From contig MU057640.1 of NCBI GenBank assembly GCA_013265495.1, positions 124,001 through 188,000 on the forward strand: a stretch of 64,000 nucleotides of DNA. The letters are read 5' to 3'. Source of the stretch: Vicugna vicugna. Taxonomy: Eukaryota. A program made the translations under genes and the position numbers. A model generated the notes under the pieces. The model saw only the letters and a program-made list of their open reading frames with translations, was not told the DNA's origin and ran no database searches. The first letter of the stretch is position 1. Each line of letters opens with the position of its first letter. Shown one piece after another: positions 49,860-64,000 of this stretch.

Positions 49860-51650
49860 ACTTACCTTTCCTTCACCACTCATTCTCTGTCCGCTGTATC
49901 ACTTCCATTGCCAGTGCCAGTAGGAGCAAAACCCAGACAGTCAGACACACCCCCTATCAACCCAGTGAGATGCACACTTTCCTCCCATTGGAATATTGCT
50001 TTTGTCCTATCATTCTATTCAAATTGCTCATTTAAATATCACTAACGATGTCTTAAACACCAAATTCTATATGGTTTACTTAGTCCTCATTATCTTTGAC
50101 TTCTTTATAGCATCTGACATTTTCTCCTTCTGGAAACTCTGCTTTTTCAATAACTCAACAGAAAAGGCAAAAAGGCAAAAAGTCCACAAGGATATATATT
50201 AAACTGATAACAGTGGTAAGTAAATGCTTGGTAAGGTATTAAGATTGTGGATGACAATTATAGTGAAATTTAACTTCATCTGTAATTTAAAAATTTGTTT
50301 CAAGGATAATGCATTAATGTATTACTTGCATAATTAAAAATTAATTCTGAAAATATGGAAAAGAATATTATACCAAGCCAGTCATAAAACAAGAAATTTA
50401 AAGGTGTGGCTAAAAAAATACACAAAGAAGTCTAATCACTAACAGTTATTAGTTAACTGGTAATTTCATGTACTGATATGAAAAACAATCATGATATTGC
50501 TAAGTGAAAAATGCTGGCTTTCCCAATTTTCTGATAATTTCTTCTGTTCCCTTTATTATTTTCTCTCTCCATTTTCTCACTCTCTAAACACAGTAGTTGA
50601 TGAAGATCTGTCCTTGGCCTCCTCTCCTCTTTTTACTTGAATCACTCATCCACTCCCGCAGCCGTGTCTACCATGTTCTTCAGTTTTGCGTCTCTATCAT
50701 TTTCCTTTATCTTTTCCTATGCACTGGTACTTCACTTGTAAACTCTTGCTGGAAATTTCTACATGGATGGCTCACAAGTCCTGCCAACAAAATTAGATAT
50801 GGGCCACAGGCAACACCATAGATTTCTCCAATAAGAAAAACATCTCTACTTTATCATCCTTCCTTCAGGCTTTAAACTCTTAGTAGTTGGAAACTACTGA
50901 TGCTACCTCCAGAAACTCTCATCAGGCCTTTGCCTTGACTGCCATTACCAATACCGTAACTCAGACCCTCAGTATTTTCTACTTAGATCATGGCAACATC
51001 TGCTTATTTATAATTCCCATTATCTCAGTTCCCACCTGCTGCCGTTCATCTCACATCATGTTGCAAGCTTCCAAAGGCACATCTCTGATCACATTAGTCT
51101 CCTATTCAAGAACCTTCTATGATTCCCAAGCAGTCATGAATAGCATACAGAGATCTAAACCAGTCACTCAAAGCTATTCTTGATCTTGCCCTAATCTGCC
51201 CTTTCCAAACTCATCTCCTAGTACTTGCTCCATTCTGTACTCCATGCTCTAGTCAAGCTGAACACTTGAAATTTGATAAAGACTGCCCACACTTATGTCT
51301 CTAAGCCAGTCTTTGTGACAAGACCATTTCTGGAACTGACTCTTCCATCTGTGCTTACTGAAATCCCACCCACCCTTAAAAGGTTCAGTCCAAATGCTGT
51401 CTCTTCCACAAAGTCTTCCCCAGCCAGATTTTCCCTATTTTGAACTCTTTCTGCATTTTGATTGTGTTTCTTCTGAATGTGATAACATTCTGCCTTGAAT
51501 GCTGCTTAGCTGTATACTTGTCTTATTTGACCTCTAAACTGTAAGCAAATGAGCTCTGACGGAAGTCAAAGTATCTTAGTCATCCTTTCGTCCTCCACAG
51601 TGCTCTGGGGAGCAGATCAGGCTGATGCCCAGTAAATATCTGACTTTAAA
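49860..51650. mobile_element. Degenerate L2 fragments
   Basis: Pyrimidine-rich L2-type motifs (tagcatctgaca, aaatgctgtctcttccacaaagtcttccc, taaactgtaagc); boundaries approximate. Confidence 0.5.
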
Positions 51651-52008
51651 ACAAAAAAAGGGCAAACACATTCTGAATGAATAGTACAATTCTTTCAACA
51701 AGCTAATGCAAATTCACCTGCAATATATGTATGTAACAGGTACTCAATAACTCTTGACTAATAAGATTTTAAATAAGAATACTGGCTCCCCAATCTCTAA
51801 ATATTTCTTCTATCTCTATACATACTGAAAACGCTCTTGAACCAATGTTAGGCAAAAGACAATCATTTGCAAGGAAACAGAGTAGCCATAGTTCTATTAA
51901 TGTTATGTACTGAAGACAAGCATCATGATAAAGACCACAATTACATGTGTTTGCATCTCTATAAATTCTAAGCTGTTCACTAATTTAAGATCATTCCAAA
52001 ATACTTAC

Positions 52009-52107
52009 AGGAATAAATAAGAGCTGGAAAGAGAGTTTCATTTCTCTCCTGAGCAGTTTCAACCAGCATACGAAGTGGGCCTTTTGGACACAGAACAGCC
52101 ACTAAAT
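52009..52107 (-). CDS. PSEN1: PSEN1 exon 8
   Basis: tctag|AT TTA GTG...TCC T|gtaag; (D)[32 protein letters not shown]; 99 nt; completes the first catalytic Asp codon (G|AT). Confidence 0.96.
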
Positions 52108-53084
52108 CTAGAAAAAGAAAAATAGAAAAGACATCTGAAAACTGTACTGGCTAAACTTGTAAATAGGTGTCTTAGGGAGGAACTAACCAATTGAGAAGGT
52201 TTAATTTTTTTTTTTTAACACAAAAAGATGTTGAATGAAAATGAAATAAACAGCAGGTAAACTGGAGGGGGTTGGGGAGAGAAAACAACCTAAACAAAAT
52301 ACACAAAACCGCACAGAAGATATGTGCAAATTTCACTTTAGTCTGACTGCTGTTTTGGTTAGTTTACAGTGTATCATCACTGGGTTCTAGGAGTTAGTCT
52401 TCCCAGTTTAAAGAAAAGAGGCAGAGATAATGGTAAGACAACCAGAGCAGCTGGAATTTCCAGTAAGCAAAACCAGGAACATGCCACTGCCTAACATATC
52501 ATAACGATGAGCCACAAACTGAAGCCTGACTTTAGGAGGGATGTGATAGAGGGGATTTGACTGAACTTTTCAAAATACAAAGAACAGAGTAGACGAGATT
52601 CCTCTTCTCCAACTTTTGAAAATAGTATATGAACTACTTAGGGATACTTGACATAAGAGGGCAGCAAATTTAAACAAAACAAACTAACAAACTTTTTGCA
52701 AGAGAACATTTAGCATTTCTTTAGTTTTCTCATCAAAAGCACTTCACAAATATTCATCTCAGAATGTGGTACTGAAAAGTAGCTTATTTTACAAAAACAG
52801 CATCAGAGGAGGAAGCAATATGTCTAAATGATTATTGATTCTATCATCATCTCCTTCCATCAAATGCAATTTTTCTTACATTTGCTGTGTGAAGAGAATT
52901 CAGAATACAGAAACATTTAAAATAATTTTAAACATTTTAAAAAAAGTAAAACTATACAAGTACAGCCAAATTTGTAAAGGAAGATTTGATACCTTGTGTT
53001 GACATTGTCATCATTCAGAAGCATTTAAGTAAAGAAACCCTCACGCTAGCAAGAGGTCATGTCTTCTTTTATACTACTACAATA

Positions 53085-53086
<2 letters not shown>

Positions 53087-53119
<33 letters not shown>

Positions 53120-53127
53120 GAGAGAGA
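53087..53127. repeat. (CA)n followed by (GA)n microsatellite
   Basis: Direct inspection. Confidence 0.9.
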
Positions 53128-53899
53128 AAGAAATTTCTCCTCTCACTGCTTCCCCTGTGTTATGGATGAGAAAAGGGAAATTTGCCATGCTCTGAAATAA
53201 TGAGATTTTTTTTCAACGTGTTTGAAGCTGCAATGTCCTGTAACTAGGTTTTAAGACATACTCCTACTTATAGAACTGCTAATTGATAAACTCCTTTATT
53301 TTTAGAGCAGTTAAAGTGAATTAAAATTAATTGTTTTGAAATTTTTAGAACCACCTTTGTGACAAATTAAACATCTTAAGACCTTGTGAAAATGGCATTA
53401 AGAATCATTATTCTAAATATTAGACACAAAAGTCTCTTATTTTAAAGGAGCTCAAAGGTTTGTAAAGATGATAATTTGTACATGTACAGAGGGTTGATGG
53501 GAGAAGCAGTGTGATGTAGCAGAAAGAATACAGGACTCGGATTCTAGACAAAATGGCCTAAGCTTGGGCAAATACTTCATCTCTATAAACTTCAGGTTTC
53601 TTGGCTGGAAAACAAGGATAACTGCCTTGCTTACTTCACAGGATTATATATTTTTAAAAAACAGCTAATATTTTTAATACTAATACTGTTCCAAGTGTAT
53701 TATATGCACTGTTTAATTTAATCTTCACAGTAACTAAGACTCGGGTTGAGTAATGTGTCTGTGGCCCCATACCCATTAAGTGTTAGGAGTAGAAGAGTCT
53801 GGATTTAAACCCAGTCTGTCCCCAGAACTGGCACTTTTTTTTTAATATAAAAAAATGGAATCAGACTCTTTATTATGATTCACCCCCAATGTTTGATGA

Positions 53900-55450
53900 C
53901 AAATACGCCATTTTCAGTTAATTAAGTTTTAACTTGCTCTACTATGTTGTAATGGTGCCCTATGAGGCCTGGAGCATGAACCAGTAAGTCTGGTGGAGGT
54001 TCCACTGAACACCTTGTTCAGGAGCCCAGCATTCTGCATCTTTAGAAGTAAAAGGGTCACTATTAACAATGCTTAGAACTCCAAAGTGGATAAAGTAAGG
54101 AGGCCTGTATCGTGGCTATAATACACAGAGAGACATGCATAACTTTGATCTATGTTTTTGGTATCTGTGAGGCAAGAGAGTCTCACAGTTATTGTCCCTA
54201 AAGACAGAAACCTTGGATAAGAATTGCTGTTGCTACCACTGGCAGTAGCAGGTGGCTAGATCACTGGCCTAAGAGTCTGTAAAAATGCACAGATGGAGCC
54301 AATTGTTGGCCAGGGTAAGATGACTGCCTAAAGTTTAGCTAAGTTTGCTGACCCTTGGATCCCATTCTTTGATCAAGGATGCCTGGATTAAGGAATAAAA
54401 GCGCAGCTCTCTAACAAGCTCCATCACATGTAGTTTGGATGCTGTCCATAAAGTGTGTAAACTCCCACTGCTGTTTGGTCACTCATTTGATCCAAAAGGG
54501 CTCCCGAGGCAGCCAGGGGTCCAAGAGAGGGGCAACCTGTAGCACCTTGTCAACTGGCAAGAGACAGAAGAAAGAAGAGGCCACCCTCTCCTGCAGGTGG
54601 CATACTCTCGAGGACCCAGACTTAGTTCCATCATACAGATAACATTTCTGTCTTAGTAGGAAGGCCCTGGAGGCTGTGCTGAGCTGGTAGAATGCTGCCT
54701 CCATGATATGGAGATACGGAGCTTCACAGGTTCACGGCTTTGAGAACCGTTTCTAGGAGAGCTCAGTATGCAGTCAGAAATCACCATTCTGTATACGGCA
54801 TGGGACTCAGAGGGGTAGTTCCTCACACCAGAAATCCACGGGCAATTTATGATCATAGTGAGTGGTCCAGAGATTTTAGAAGGTATGAAAAGAGGCTGCT
54901 AACGCCTCTAAGTGAATGGTTCTCTGGGGGCAGGGAGAAGAGACACTAATGGGAGTAACTATTGTATTACAATTTGGACAGATTCTAGAGACCTTTGTTC
55001 TGAAGGGCCCCAATTCAAGGTGTGTCAACTTGCAAAGGCTTAAGTAAAATTTGGAAGTGAAGGGTCTGTTGTCTCCAGATCTCAAAAAGGCCTAAAAGAT
55101 ACTGGGCTTCTTTTAACATTGTGGGTGCAGAGAGTGTCAATTGCTATTTCTTGACAGTGTCAGAGATGCAGAAGCCTTCAGCTTACCAAATAATTTTCAG
55201 GAATTTAACTAGCGTGACAGAGCCTTGCAGTACATACGGGGAAATGCCATTCCCCCTTTATGAGCTCTTTTGGAATATCTGAATGTTCTCAACAAGTAGG
55301 TCAAATGAATTTCTTCAAAGGATGATATGATCAGTGTTGTCTGTGCTCCTGGAGAAAAGTCGGATGTGGTTAAATTCTAGCCTGCAAAGATTAGGTGCAA
55401 CAGTAGGGCTGCTAAGTAGCTAGGCAAAGACATATGTATCAACCAAAGGT
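53900..55450 (-). mobile_element. Degenerate ERV-L (class III) pol remnant: RT, RNase H, integrase pieces
   Basis: Minus-strand translations: YLSSPTVAPNLCR; LQGSVTLVKFLKIIW*...LSAPTMLKEAQYLLGLFEIWRQQ; LCIFTDS*; QWNLH...APGLI; colinear with recalled ERV-L Pol motifs. Confidence 0.75.
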
Positions 55451-55565
55451 GAAGGCAAACTATGGCTGTTGGAAAAGGCACTGAACAGAAGAGTATATTG
55501 GTAAAATCTCTGACTGCAAAATATTAACCAGTTTCTTATTGGATGGAGTCTACAAAGGCATTCTT

Positions 55566-55689
55566 GGTTGTTTTTTTTGGGGGGGGGAGTAATTCAGTTT
55601 ACTTATTTATTTGTTTATTTAAGCAGAGGTACCAGGGACTGAACTAGGACCATGCACTCTACCACTAAGCACCCCCTCACCCTAGAACT
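55566..55689 (-). mobile_element. Diverged tRNA-derived SINE (long-tail form)
   Basis: Reverse-complement tail resembles the 49146 copy; TSD gcattctt. Confidence 0.7.
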
Positions 55690-56643
55690 GCATTCTTAAT
55701 CACAGCTGTGCAATAAAAGATGAGTACTTTGTAAACCATCAAGTACTATATAACCTAAGGCCATTATGAAAAGTCAGGCACAGAGAATGTAAGACTTCTA
55801 TAGTTCTATGACTGACTGCTCAGATATGAGAACAGAACCAATCCAATTCTATTTCCACAAACTTATTTTTTCATCAATCAAATGGGGATGATGGGGTTTC
55901 CTACTACGGGTCATCTGACATTTTAATAAGCACTTGAATAGGGATGAATGAGCCTGCACAGTTATCATATAGGGACCACATACTGACCTCTGAAAACGGA
56001 GTTTTTGGCTTTTGTGCAGGGCGATAGCTAGAGTTCACACCTGTACAGCTGCCTTGGTTACTCATGGCTAGGGCATATTCTGACTTCTCAGGACCCATGT
56101 CACACTGGTTGCTAATACATTTGAACCTCACATTGCCTAAATATGTTTTATGTTTAAAAGAGTAATTCTATCCACATTTCCTTGTAAAAAGTAGGTAACC
56201 TAATTTTTATATTAAAAGTTAGGTGAGCATTTTATGTGTGTCAAACACCCTGCTAGTGCTTTTTAACTCATATTCTGAACTCTTTTACAACTCTGAGAAG
56301 TACTGTTTCCATTTTCCAAAAGAGAAAACTGAAGCTCAAAGAGCCCAAGTCACCTTCCCAAGGTCACAAAGGCAGTGAGTGGTACAGATGGGATTCAAAT
56401 CTAATTCTTACAACCAGCAGTCTACGGATACTTCCTGAGTTAGACTGGGGCAATAATAAAACATTTTTAAAGAGCTTATATCTCAAAAAAATTGAAATCT
56501 TCATATGAAGAAGGTACTATAGCTAATTAATTATTTACTGAAAAGCTATGAGACATTCCTGTTATCATCCTCCCTAAGCCAAGATAACTGAAAGAGGAAG
56601 GAAAACACACCAGTGAGGTATTTCTGTGACGAACAAAATGTCA

Positions 56644-56925
<282 letters not shown>

Positions 56926-57899
56926 TCAAAACACTGTCTGTCTAGAACTATGATTCCCAAACATGAGATACTCATATCTCACCTTCATACTTTTACCATA
57001 TCTTAAATCAACTGTGCTGTTATTTAACAACTTTTCTTTAAATTAATTCACTTTTTCCCCTCAAGTTAAGCTTATTTTAACAGAAAACTCTGTAACATTC
57101 ATATAAATGGGAAACCAGTATCACAGGCCAGAGCTATAGAAATAAGTACAAAAACTTTTAAGAAGGCCATATAACACCTAAAATGCCATTCTGTATTTTG
57201 GGAAACCCTTGTTTGAAGTATCTAAAATTGGAAAAAATTAAACATGCACAATAAATTTTAGAATTAGGACATATGTTATTTTCATAAAATTAAACTTAAT
57301 ATAGCTATCAAATATATATATCTTTTTATACACACATAAACATGGAATACGAGCATGAAACACTATTACCTAAAAGAAATGATTTCATTTACATGAAATA
57401 GTATATAAGAAGAGAGAACAAGAGATGGCTATATTAATTTCAAAAAAGACACAGGACTTACCTCCAAGTGATAGGAATCTGGCCATATTTTACTTTTCTT
57501 CTTTATAATCTTAAAAAATATCTTTTTGTTTTCCTTTTTTCTTTTCTTTTTTATTTTACTTTCTTTCTTTCTTTCTTTTTTTTTTTTTTACAATGAATGT
57601 TTAGCATTTTTATAAAGAAGAAGAACACTTTTAATTTGGGGGGAAAAATTTCACCATCTAATAATATAGAATACGCTCTGGGTAACTGAGGAGAAAGACA
57701 GCACTCATTTAAGCACGAACTGGGTTCTGGGGACTCTCCAGAAAGATGATTTTTTCATTTTGAAATTTCAAAATAAATGTTGAAATTTCTAAACAATGTA
57801 GTTATTTGCATTAAGCATTTCAGACATCCTAGCACTCAAAACAAACAAACCATTTTTAATCTTTGACTAAGTAATACATGCATAAAATACATAACATAT

Positions 57900-58789
57900 A
57901 CTGTGAAAAGTAAGTACCTCCCCCCAAACCTTGTCCCAAAGTTCCCTTCTCCAAAGGAAAGTACTATTATTAATTGCAGGTATATTCTTCCAGAGAGTGT
58001 CCATATATCTTATACATACTTTTTTATTGGGTACAAATGATAGCATACATACTGTTCTAAACCACGCTTTTTTCTCCTAATGATATTCATGGAGACCTTT
58101 CCACATCACTTTATCAGAACTGTCTTATCGTTTTTAATGGCTTTATTGTATGGATGTACCATAAGTTACTTAACCAGTTTTCTACTGATGGACATTTAGA
58201 TTGATTCCATTCTTTTGCTGTTAGAAACAATGCTGTAATGATTATCCTCACAAATTACTAGGTTCAGGACATACACATTTAGAGTTTTAAGCAGTATGTC
58301 AAATTGCTCTTAATGAAAGTTATAAACCAATTTGTGCTTATTTCCCTGCAACCTTGCCAAATTAGAATAGTTACCCAATTATTTAATCTTTGTTAATCTA
58401 ATACACAGCTTTAATTAGCATTCATTTTATAAGGAGAGTGTGCATGTTTTCATATATTTAAAAGTAACTTGTGTTTCTGTTAACTATTTTTGCGAATCCT
58501 TCACCCATTTTTTCTGTTAGGTTGTTGGTCTTACTGCCATGTACATTTATATATAAAGTAAATTAGCCTTTGTCTATAAAATAAGTTGAAAATACACTAG
58601 CAGTTTGTCATTCATCTTCTGAATTTTTCTCATGGTGTGGTTGGTTGGCTGGTTGGTTATTCTGGGTTTTGTTTAAAAGGTCCTTCCTTAATCCAATGTT
58701 TTATATATATAGGTGAGTATATATACATGTATTTTAAAAATAATGCAACTTAAAAAGTCCTTTCTTAATCTAATGTTTTATATATATTT

Positions 58790-58837
<48 letters not shown>

Positions 58838-60530
58838 CGTGCGTATGTGTGCGTATAAAATCAAATTCCCCATTTCCCATAGTTTCCTTTAGTCCTTTTA
58901 TGGTTTCACTTTCATATTTAAAATTTTAATCCATTTGGAATTTATCCTGGTATAGATACAAGGAAGAAGTCCAAATTTTTCCCCCAAGATGATTACCCAA
59001 TTATCCCAACATCAATTACCAAATAATCCACCTATGGCCTACTAATTCTATACTATCTTTACCACAGATTAAATTCCTTTATATATGTTTAAAATTCCTT
59101 TATATATTAAATTCCTATATGTATTTGAGCTTTTTTAAGCCTTTCTAGTATTTTCTACAGATCATCTATTCATGGTACAGGTGACCCTATTTTAATTATC
59201 GTAGTTTTATAATTTCATAACAGGTAGGACTAGTACCCCTTCATTTTTTTTTCTTCTTCACAATTCTTTGGGTATCTTCACTTACTTATTTTTCCAAATA
59301 AACTTTAAGATCATCTAGTCCAGATTAAAAGTAAATTCTATTCATATCTTTATTGAGTTTATATTAAAATTTAAAATAAACTTAGAACTGATATTTTTGT
59401 GACATTCTTTCTATGTCACCTGGTATAATTTTCCATTATGTTTAAGTCTTCCAAATTTTAATCCCTTAAGAAGCATTTAAAAATTTCTTAATAATACATC
59501 TTGCACAATTCTTGTTTAATCCTAGATATTTTATCTTTCCTGATGCTACCACAAATGGGATTTTTTCTTTTCATTAAGTTTTCTGACTAATTATTTATGT
59601 GATGACTATTGATTTATGTTTATTAATTTTGTATTCAGTTGCCTTACCAAATTTACTTAATGATTCTAAGTGTTTTTTGGTTAGTCCTGAAACGAAGTAA
59701 ATAATCATTTTATCTTTGAACATAACTTAATCTTCTTTTCCAAATTGTATAGCTCTTATTTCTTTCCCTCATTTACTTATGTTCACTAGCCCCTCCAGAG
59801 CAATGCTAGACAACAACAGTGATAGAGGAAATCTTCATCTTGTCCTGATGTTAACAGGCATGCTTCTAGAGTTTTCCTAAGGGGATGACACCAGCCTTAA
59901 GAATGAGAATCACATTTTATCATGTTAAAGAAGCAATCATCTGTTTGTCTTAATACAGAATTTGATCAAGGGCAAGGGTTGAATTTTATCAAATGCCTTT
60001 TAGCCTGTACGAGACGATGACCTAGTAATATGGTGATTTATATCGATATTTTCTAGTAATGAACCAATCTTCCATTCTGCAGACAAACTCCACTTGGCAT
60101 AATGTATTACTTCCTCAATGTGTTGTTGCTGAATCTTGTTTGTTAATATTTAGTTATTCTTTTGACATCAATAAATAGGATAGGTTTATAGTTTCTTTTT
60201 TCTTGATAATTTCTAAGTTTTTGGTATCAACGTTATGCTGGCTTCACAAAACAAATCTGGAAGCTTTTCATTTTTTTATATGTTCTGGAGTACTTAGAAT
60301 AGTATTAGAGTTATCCACTCCTTAAAGGTTTAGCAGAATTTCCCTATGAAACTATGGGCCTGGTATTGTTGTTACTGGTGGAGGTGGGATGAGAACCTCT
60401 TCCAACAACTTTTGTATTTTTTCTTTGCTTTACTTAAATTTTCTGTTGCTTCAGTGGTCAGTTGTGGTAATGAATTTTCCCCTAGAAAAATCATCCATTT
60501 CATAGAGATTCTCACATTTATTTATTTTGT
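57900..60530 (-). mobile_element. Ancient L1 (L1ME-type) remnant
   Basis: gatggacatttagattg, aatccatttggaatttatcctgg, gttgaattttatcaaatgcctttt. Confidence 0.7.
58790..58857. repeat. (TA)n(TG)n(CG)n alternating purine-pyrimidine microsatellite
   Basis: Uninterrupted purine/pyrimidine alternation for 68 bp. Confidence 0.92.
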
Positions 60531-61188
60531 CTATGGTTATTCCCCCTGCTTCTACCAAAGAATTAACTCTTCAATTTATTTTTTAGTTTTACTGCTTTTG
60601 TTCCTAATTTAAGAGTTAATGCAATGGTTCATAACAAACTGTATTCTGCCACTGGGGCTGAGAGAAAGGACAGGCTGACAAATCTCTGAGCCTCTCTGTT
60701 CTCTTCAACAGAGCAACTTCACTTTTTCTATTTTATATACGAAATTTTCATGTAAGATTTCATTTGAAAGAAAAATGATGAAACAACAGAAAAGTTTGAA
60801 AACCAATTAATTCATGTTTATATACATGCTTGAGTACTTAAATATTCTGATTCATAGATTTCTACTAGAAGAATATAATAATTTTTACTTAAAAGGGCTT
60901 AAAATGAACTAGTCTTGAATTTTTTCAGTTCTGCTGATTATAAACAAGGATCAACAAAAGAATATTCCTATAATATCAACTAGTTTTTTTATTGAGGTAT
61001 AGTTGACTTACAATGTTGTGTTAGTCTCTAACTAGATATATATATATATATTTATATGCCAAATATGACCTATGTATAAAAACAACTATAATTTAAGAGT
61101 AATTCACAACAAAATACACGGTTTTAAATGACAGTTACAGAGCCCAGAGTTCAGTTCTGAAAAATAGACCAAATAGTTCACCACTTAC

Positions 61189-61256
61189 CCTAAGTAAATG
61201 AATGAGAAAAAGAACAGCAACAATAGGGATGAAATAATAAGCCAGGCATGGATGAC
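61189..61256 (-). CDS. PSEN1: PSEN1 exon 6
   Basis: tttag|GTC ATC CAT...TTA GG|gtaag; VIHAWLIISSLLLLFFFSFIYLG; 68 nt. Confidence 0.96.
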
Positions 61257-63477
61257 CTAAAAAGAAAGTGTTTCAATATAATTAACAGATCCCATAACCC
61301 TAAAATAGTCCAAATTTTTTACTTCAAAAATAGTGTATTATTTCTATATATGTTACGATATTCAAATGGCAGGGCAAAAATGGCTTTGGGATCTGTAAAT
61401 ACTTAGAACTCTAGTGCTGAACTACTCACAACAGAAAATAGAAATTTCAGCAAGACATATATAGAGCCTTGTTCCTTTAGAAACAGGTAAAATTTTAAAA
61501 AGAAAAAGAATGCATTCTAAAATACCAAATTATCGACGAAGCCAACAATTGGCTTTAAAATAGCAATATTTTCAATGGAGGAATTTTGTGTGTTTTTGAA
61601 ATAAACAATAAATAAATTGAAAAAAATAATAAATAAAATTCAATAAAACTGAAAGTCAGATATGCACTTAAGAAACCTATGTATACATACATTAATGGTA
61701 CAGAGAAATTATGCCTTCTAAATATAACCATTTGACAAAAGAATATTCAGAATCTGAGGTTTCAGGAAGTATTGCAATGCTATGTTTATTTCACCTGGTT
61801 CATTAATAAGTATCAATATTACAAATTCTTTGAAACACTTAAAATCAGTTCATTATCATGCAGAATTCATAAAGGACTATATAATATTAGTCACTAACTC
61901 AGGAACAGCTAGCTTATTAATATGAGAGAGAGAATCAGAACTTGATTTTTATAATCTACTATACAAAATAAAATTTTTTAATAATTTTATGCAATGAGTC
62001 TACTTGGGAAAATGCTACAACCCAAGGAGTCTGGAGCTTTAAAAAAATAGAATGGAGAAGCACGATAAGTTGTCAAGTAATTTCTAACAAAAAGTAAAGT
62101 TATTTTGAAGTGGATATACTCATAATATGCTTTAATCTTTCAATTAAGTAGCTCAGAAGGAGCTACTTAACCAACAACTTAAACTTATCTCTTAACCTGA
62201 AAAGATCAAAGCAAACCTTGAAGAAAGGAAGAAAAGAAAAGCTCCAAATCAAGAATATTATTTTGTCCTCTTTTTTTCCCTAAATCTCCCACACCAACCT
62301 CCCAGGTCCAGCTATTTCAATCGTCCTGCTCCAAAGCTATCAAAATCTCATTGCGATTAGAATCCATGTTAATTTTCTCTTGTGTTTCTGTCTTGATCAC
62401 CCAAGGTGATCTGTGATTGTTAATTTCTTTGAAAGAAAATTTTCTTATAAGTTCTCGCTGCTTCTCTTTCTTTAAAACAACCTTATGAAACGTTAGAATT
62501 TGGGAAAAGGTCAAAAGAGTAGCTTTACAAGGAAGTTGTTATTCCTTGGACAACTGAATACTCTAAATTAACCATCCAAACACAACAAATTTAATTTCTG
62601 GTGCTTTTTTGCAAAAGCTTCCCTTAACATTTTATTATAAAAATTTTCAAACACATGGTGAACCACTGCCCACATACCACCTAAATTTTACCATTCACAC
62701 TTCGCTGTACTTGCTGTGTAACATTTCTATCCACCTCTCCATCCATTAGTCCATTTTAATACACATCAAAATAAACTGAAGACACCTGTAATTTCTAAGT
62801 ACTTTATGTTTAGCAAAGAATTTAACCTTAGCAAAATATTCTAAAGGGAGCCCTTACTCTATTTCAGCAAATAAACCAATAAGGCTTAAGCAGAAAGGTC
62901 TCTTCCCACCTGCATCCCAGTCCACATGATCACAAGTCTCAGCTTTAGAAATATTCCAAGTTATAAAACTGAAAAGTATGTAAAATATTACAAAATAGAA
63001 AAGCTTTAAAGAGTGGGAGATATACACTGGTATTCCATATTAAGCTCCAGACAAAGGGCTAGAGTAAATATTACATACTAGAAATTCTCAGCTTTCTTGA
63101 GAAATGCTTTTTCTTTTTTTATCTTTTTTTGGGGAGGGGGTAAGGGAACATGGGAATGTTTTTTATTTTAAAAAACCAGCATGCTTCTGAATACAAAAGT
63201 AACATATGCTTATAACATTTAGAAAATATAGAAACACTAAAAAAAGAAAACAATTCCCACTGACCAATGAGGACCAAGGTTGATACTAACATTTCCTTTT
63301 CAGACATGTTTTCTGTCTGCATGTATAGAGAACTTTTAAAAAATTAGGATCAAGTAACATAAGATTTTATGTTCTGCTTTTTAAACTTAATATTTTATTA
63401 CATATTCTTATGCCACCAAATTTTTTTAAAATGATTTTTAAATGACTAAATAATAGTCTACTTATATACATGAACCC

Positions 63478-63684
63478 ACAATTCAACCTAATTTGTGGTA
63501 TTTTCCTTTTTTTTCCCGATTGTATTTTATGCTAGATGAATATCCTAGTATGTAAATTTTCTTCAGCATTTTTCTTTCTTACAATTCAACCTAATTTGTG
63601 GTATTTTTCCTTTTTTTTCCCGATTGTATTTTATGCTAGATGAATATCCTAGTATGCAAATTTTCTTCAGCATTTTTCTTTCTT
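63478..63684. repeat. ~103-bp tandem duplication
   Basis: acaattcaacctaatttgtgg...catttttctttctt x2; one T indel and one T/C difference. Confidence 0.95.
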
Positions 63685-64000
63685 TGGGATAAATCATGAA
63701 AGCAAAAATTACAGAATCGAAGTGTATAGATGTCTTCTAATTACTGACTACTGATATATATTAGCTTAGTCACTTCACAAAAAAGGTCTGATTAATCTTT
63801 AGTAAGTTAAATGTTAATTTGTTTTTTTAACATATATATATATTTTTTTTTTTGACTAGTGAGGAAATACACATACACATCTCTCCTTATCTCCTTCCTC
63901 CTTCTCTCTCTCCTCTCTCTCCTCCTGACCATCTATATTTCCTTCATAATTTCTCTGCTTGGGTTTTTTAAATTTCTTATTAGTTTTAATTTCTAATTAG

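Noticed and set aside
55900..56135. Possible continuation of the ERV-L remnant
   Set aside because: No convincing Gag or Pol motif in the frames I translated
62317..62514. 65-aa charged ORF in PSEN1 intron 5
   Set aside because: Non-ATG start and no recognisable homology; possibly an ancient repeat, which cannot be supported without a search

Overview
Mammalian genomic DNA, probably camelid (alpaca/llama/camel), inferred from six copies of a short tRNA-derived SINE resembling Vic-1. Two co-oriented minus-strand genes match the PSEN1-PAPLN synteny known from human chr14. PSEN1 coding exons 6-12 lie at 61256-34645, with a long 3' UTR to ~30.5 kb; its 5' exons are beyond the window end. PAPLN (papilin) runs from a CpG-island promoter (~22.4 kb) through the Kunitz-domain exon (925-448) and continues past position 1. 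All intact exons have AG/GT borders and phases that join into an open frame. Exon numbers follow the human genes as I recall them. The rest is repeats: L1, L2, MIR, MLT1, Tigger1, hAT MERs and an ERV-L pol remnant. I found no new multi-gene system. The best observations are: (1) a dead, frame-neutral 81-nt PAPLN exon with both an in-frame TAG and a GT>AT donor loss; (2) a perfect 33-nt U2 snRNA 5' fragment inserted antisense in the PSEN1 3' UTR; (3) a tailless 5'-half tRNA-Gly(TCC) retrocopy with a possible leader and a 12-bp target-site duplication. Most ORFs in the supplied track are spurious.
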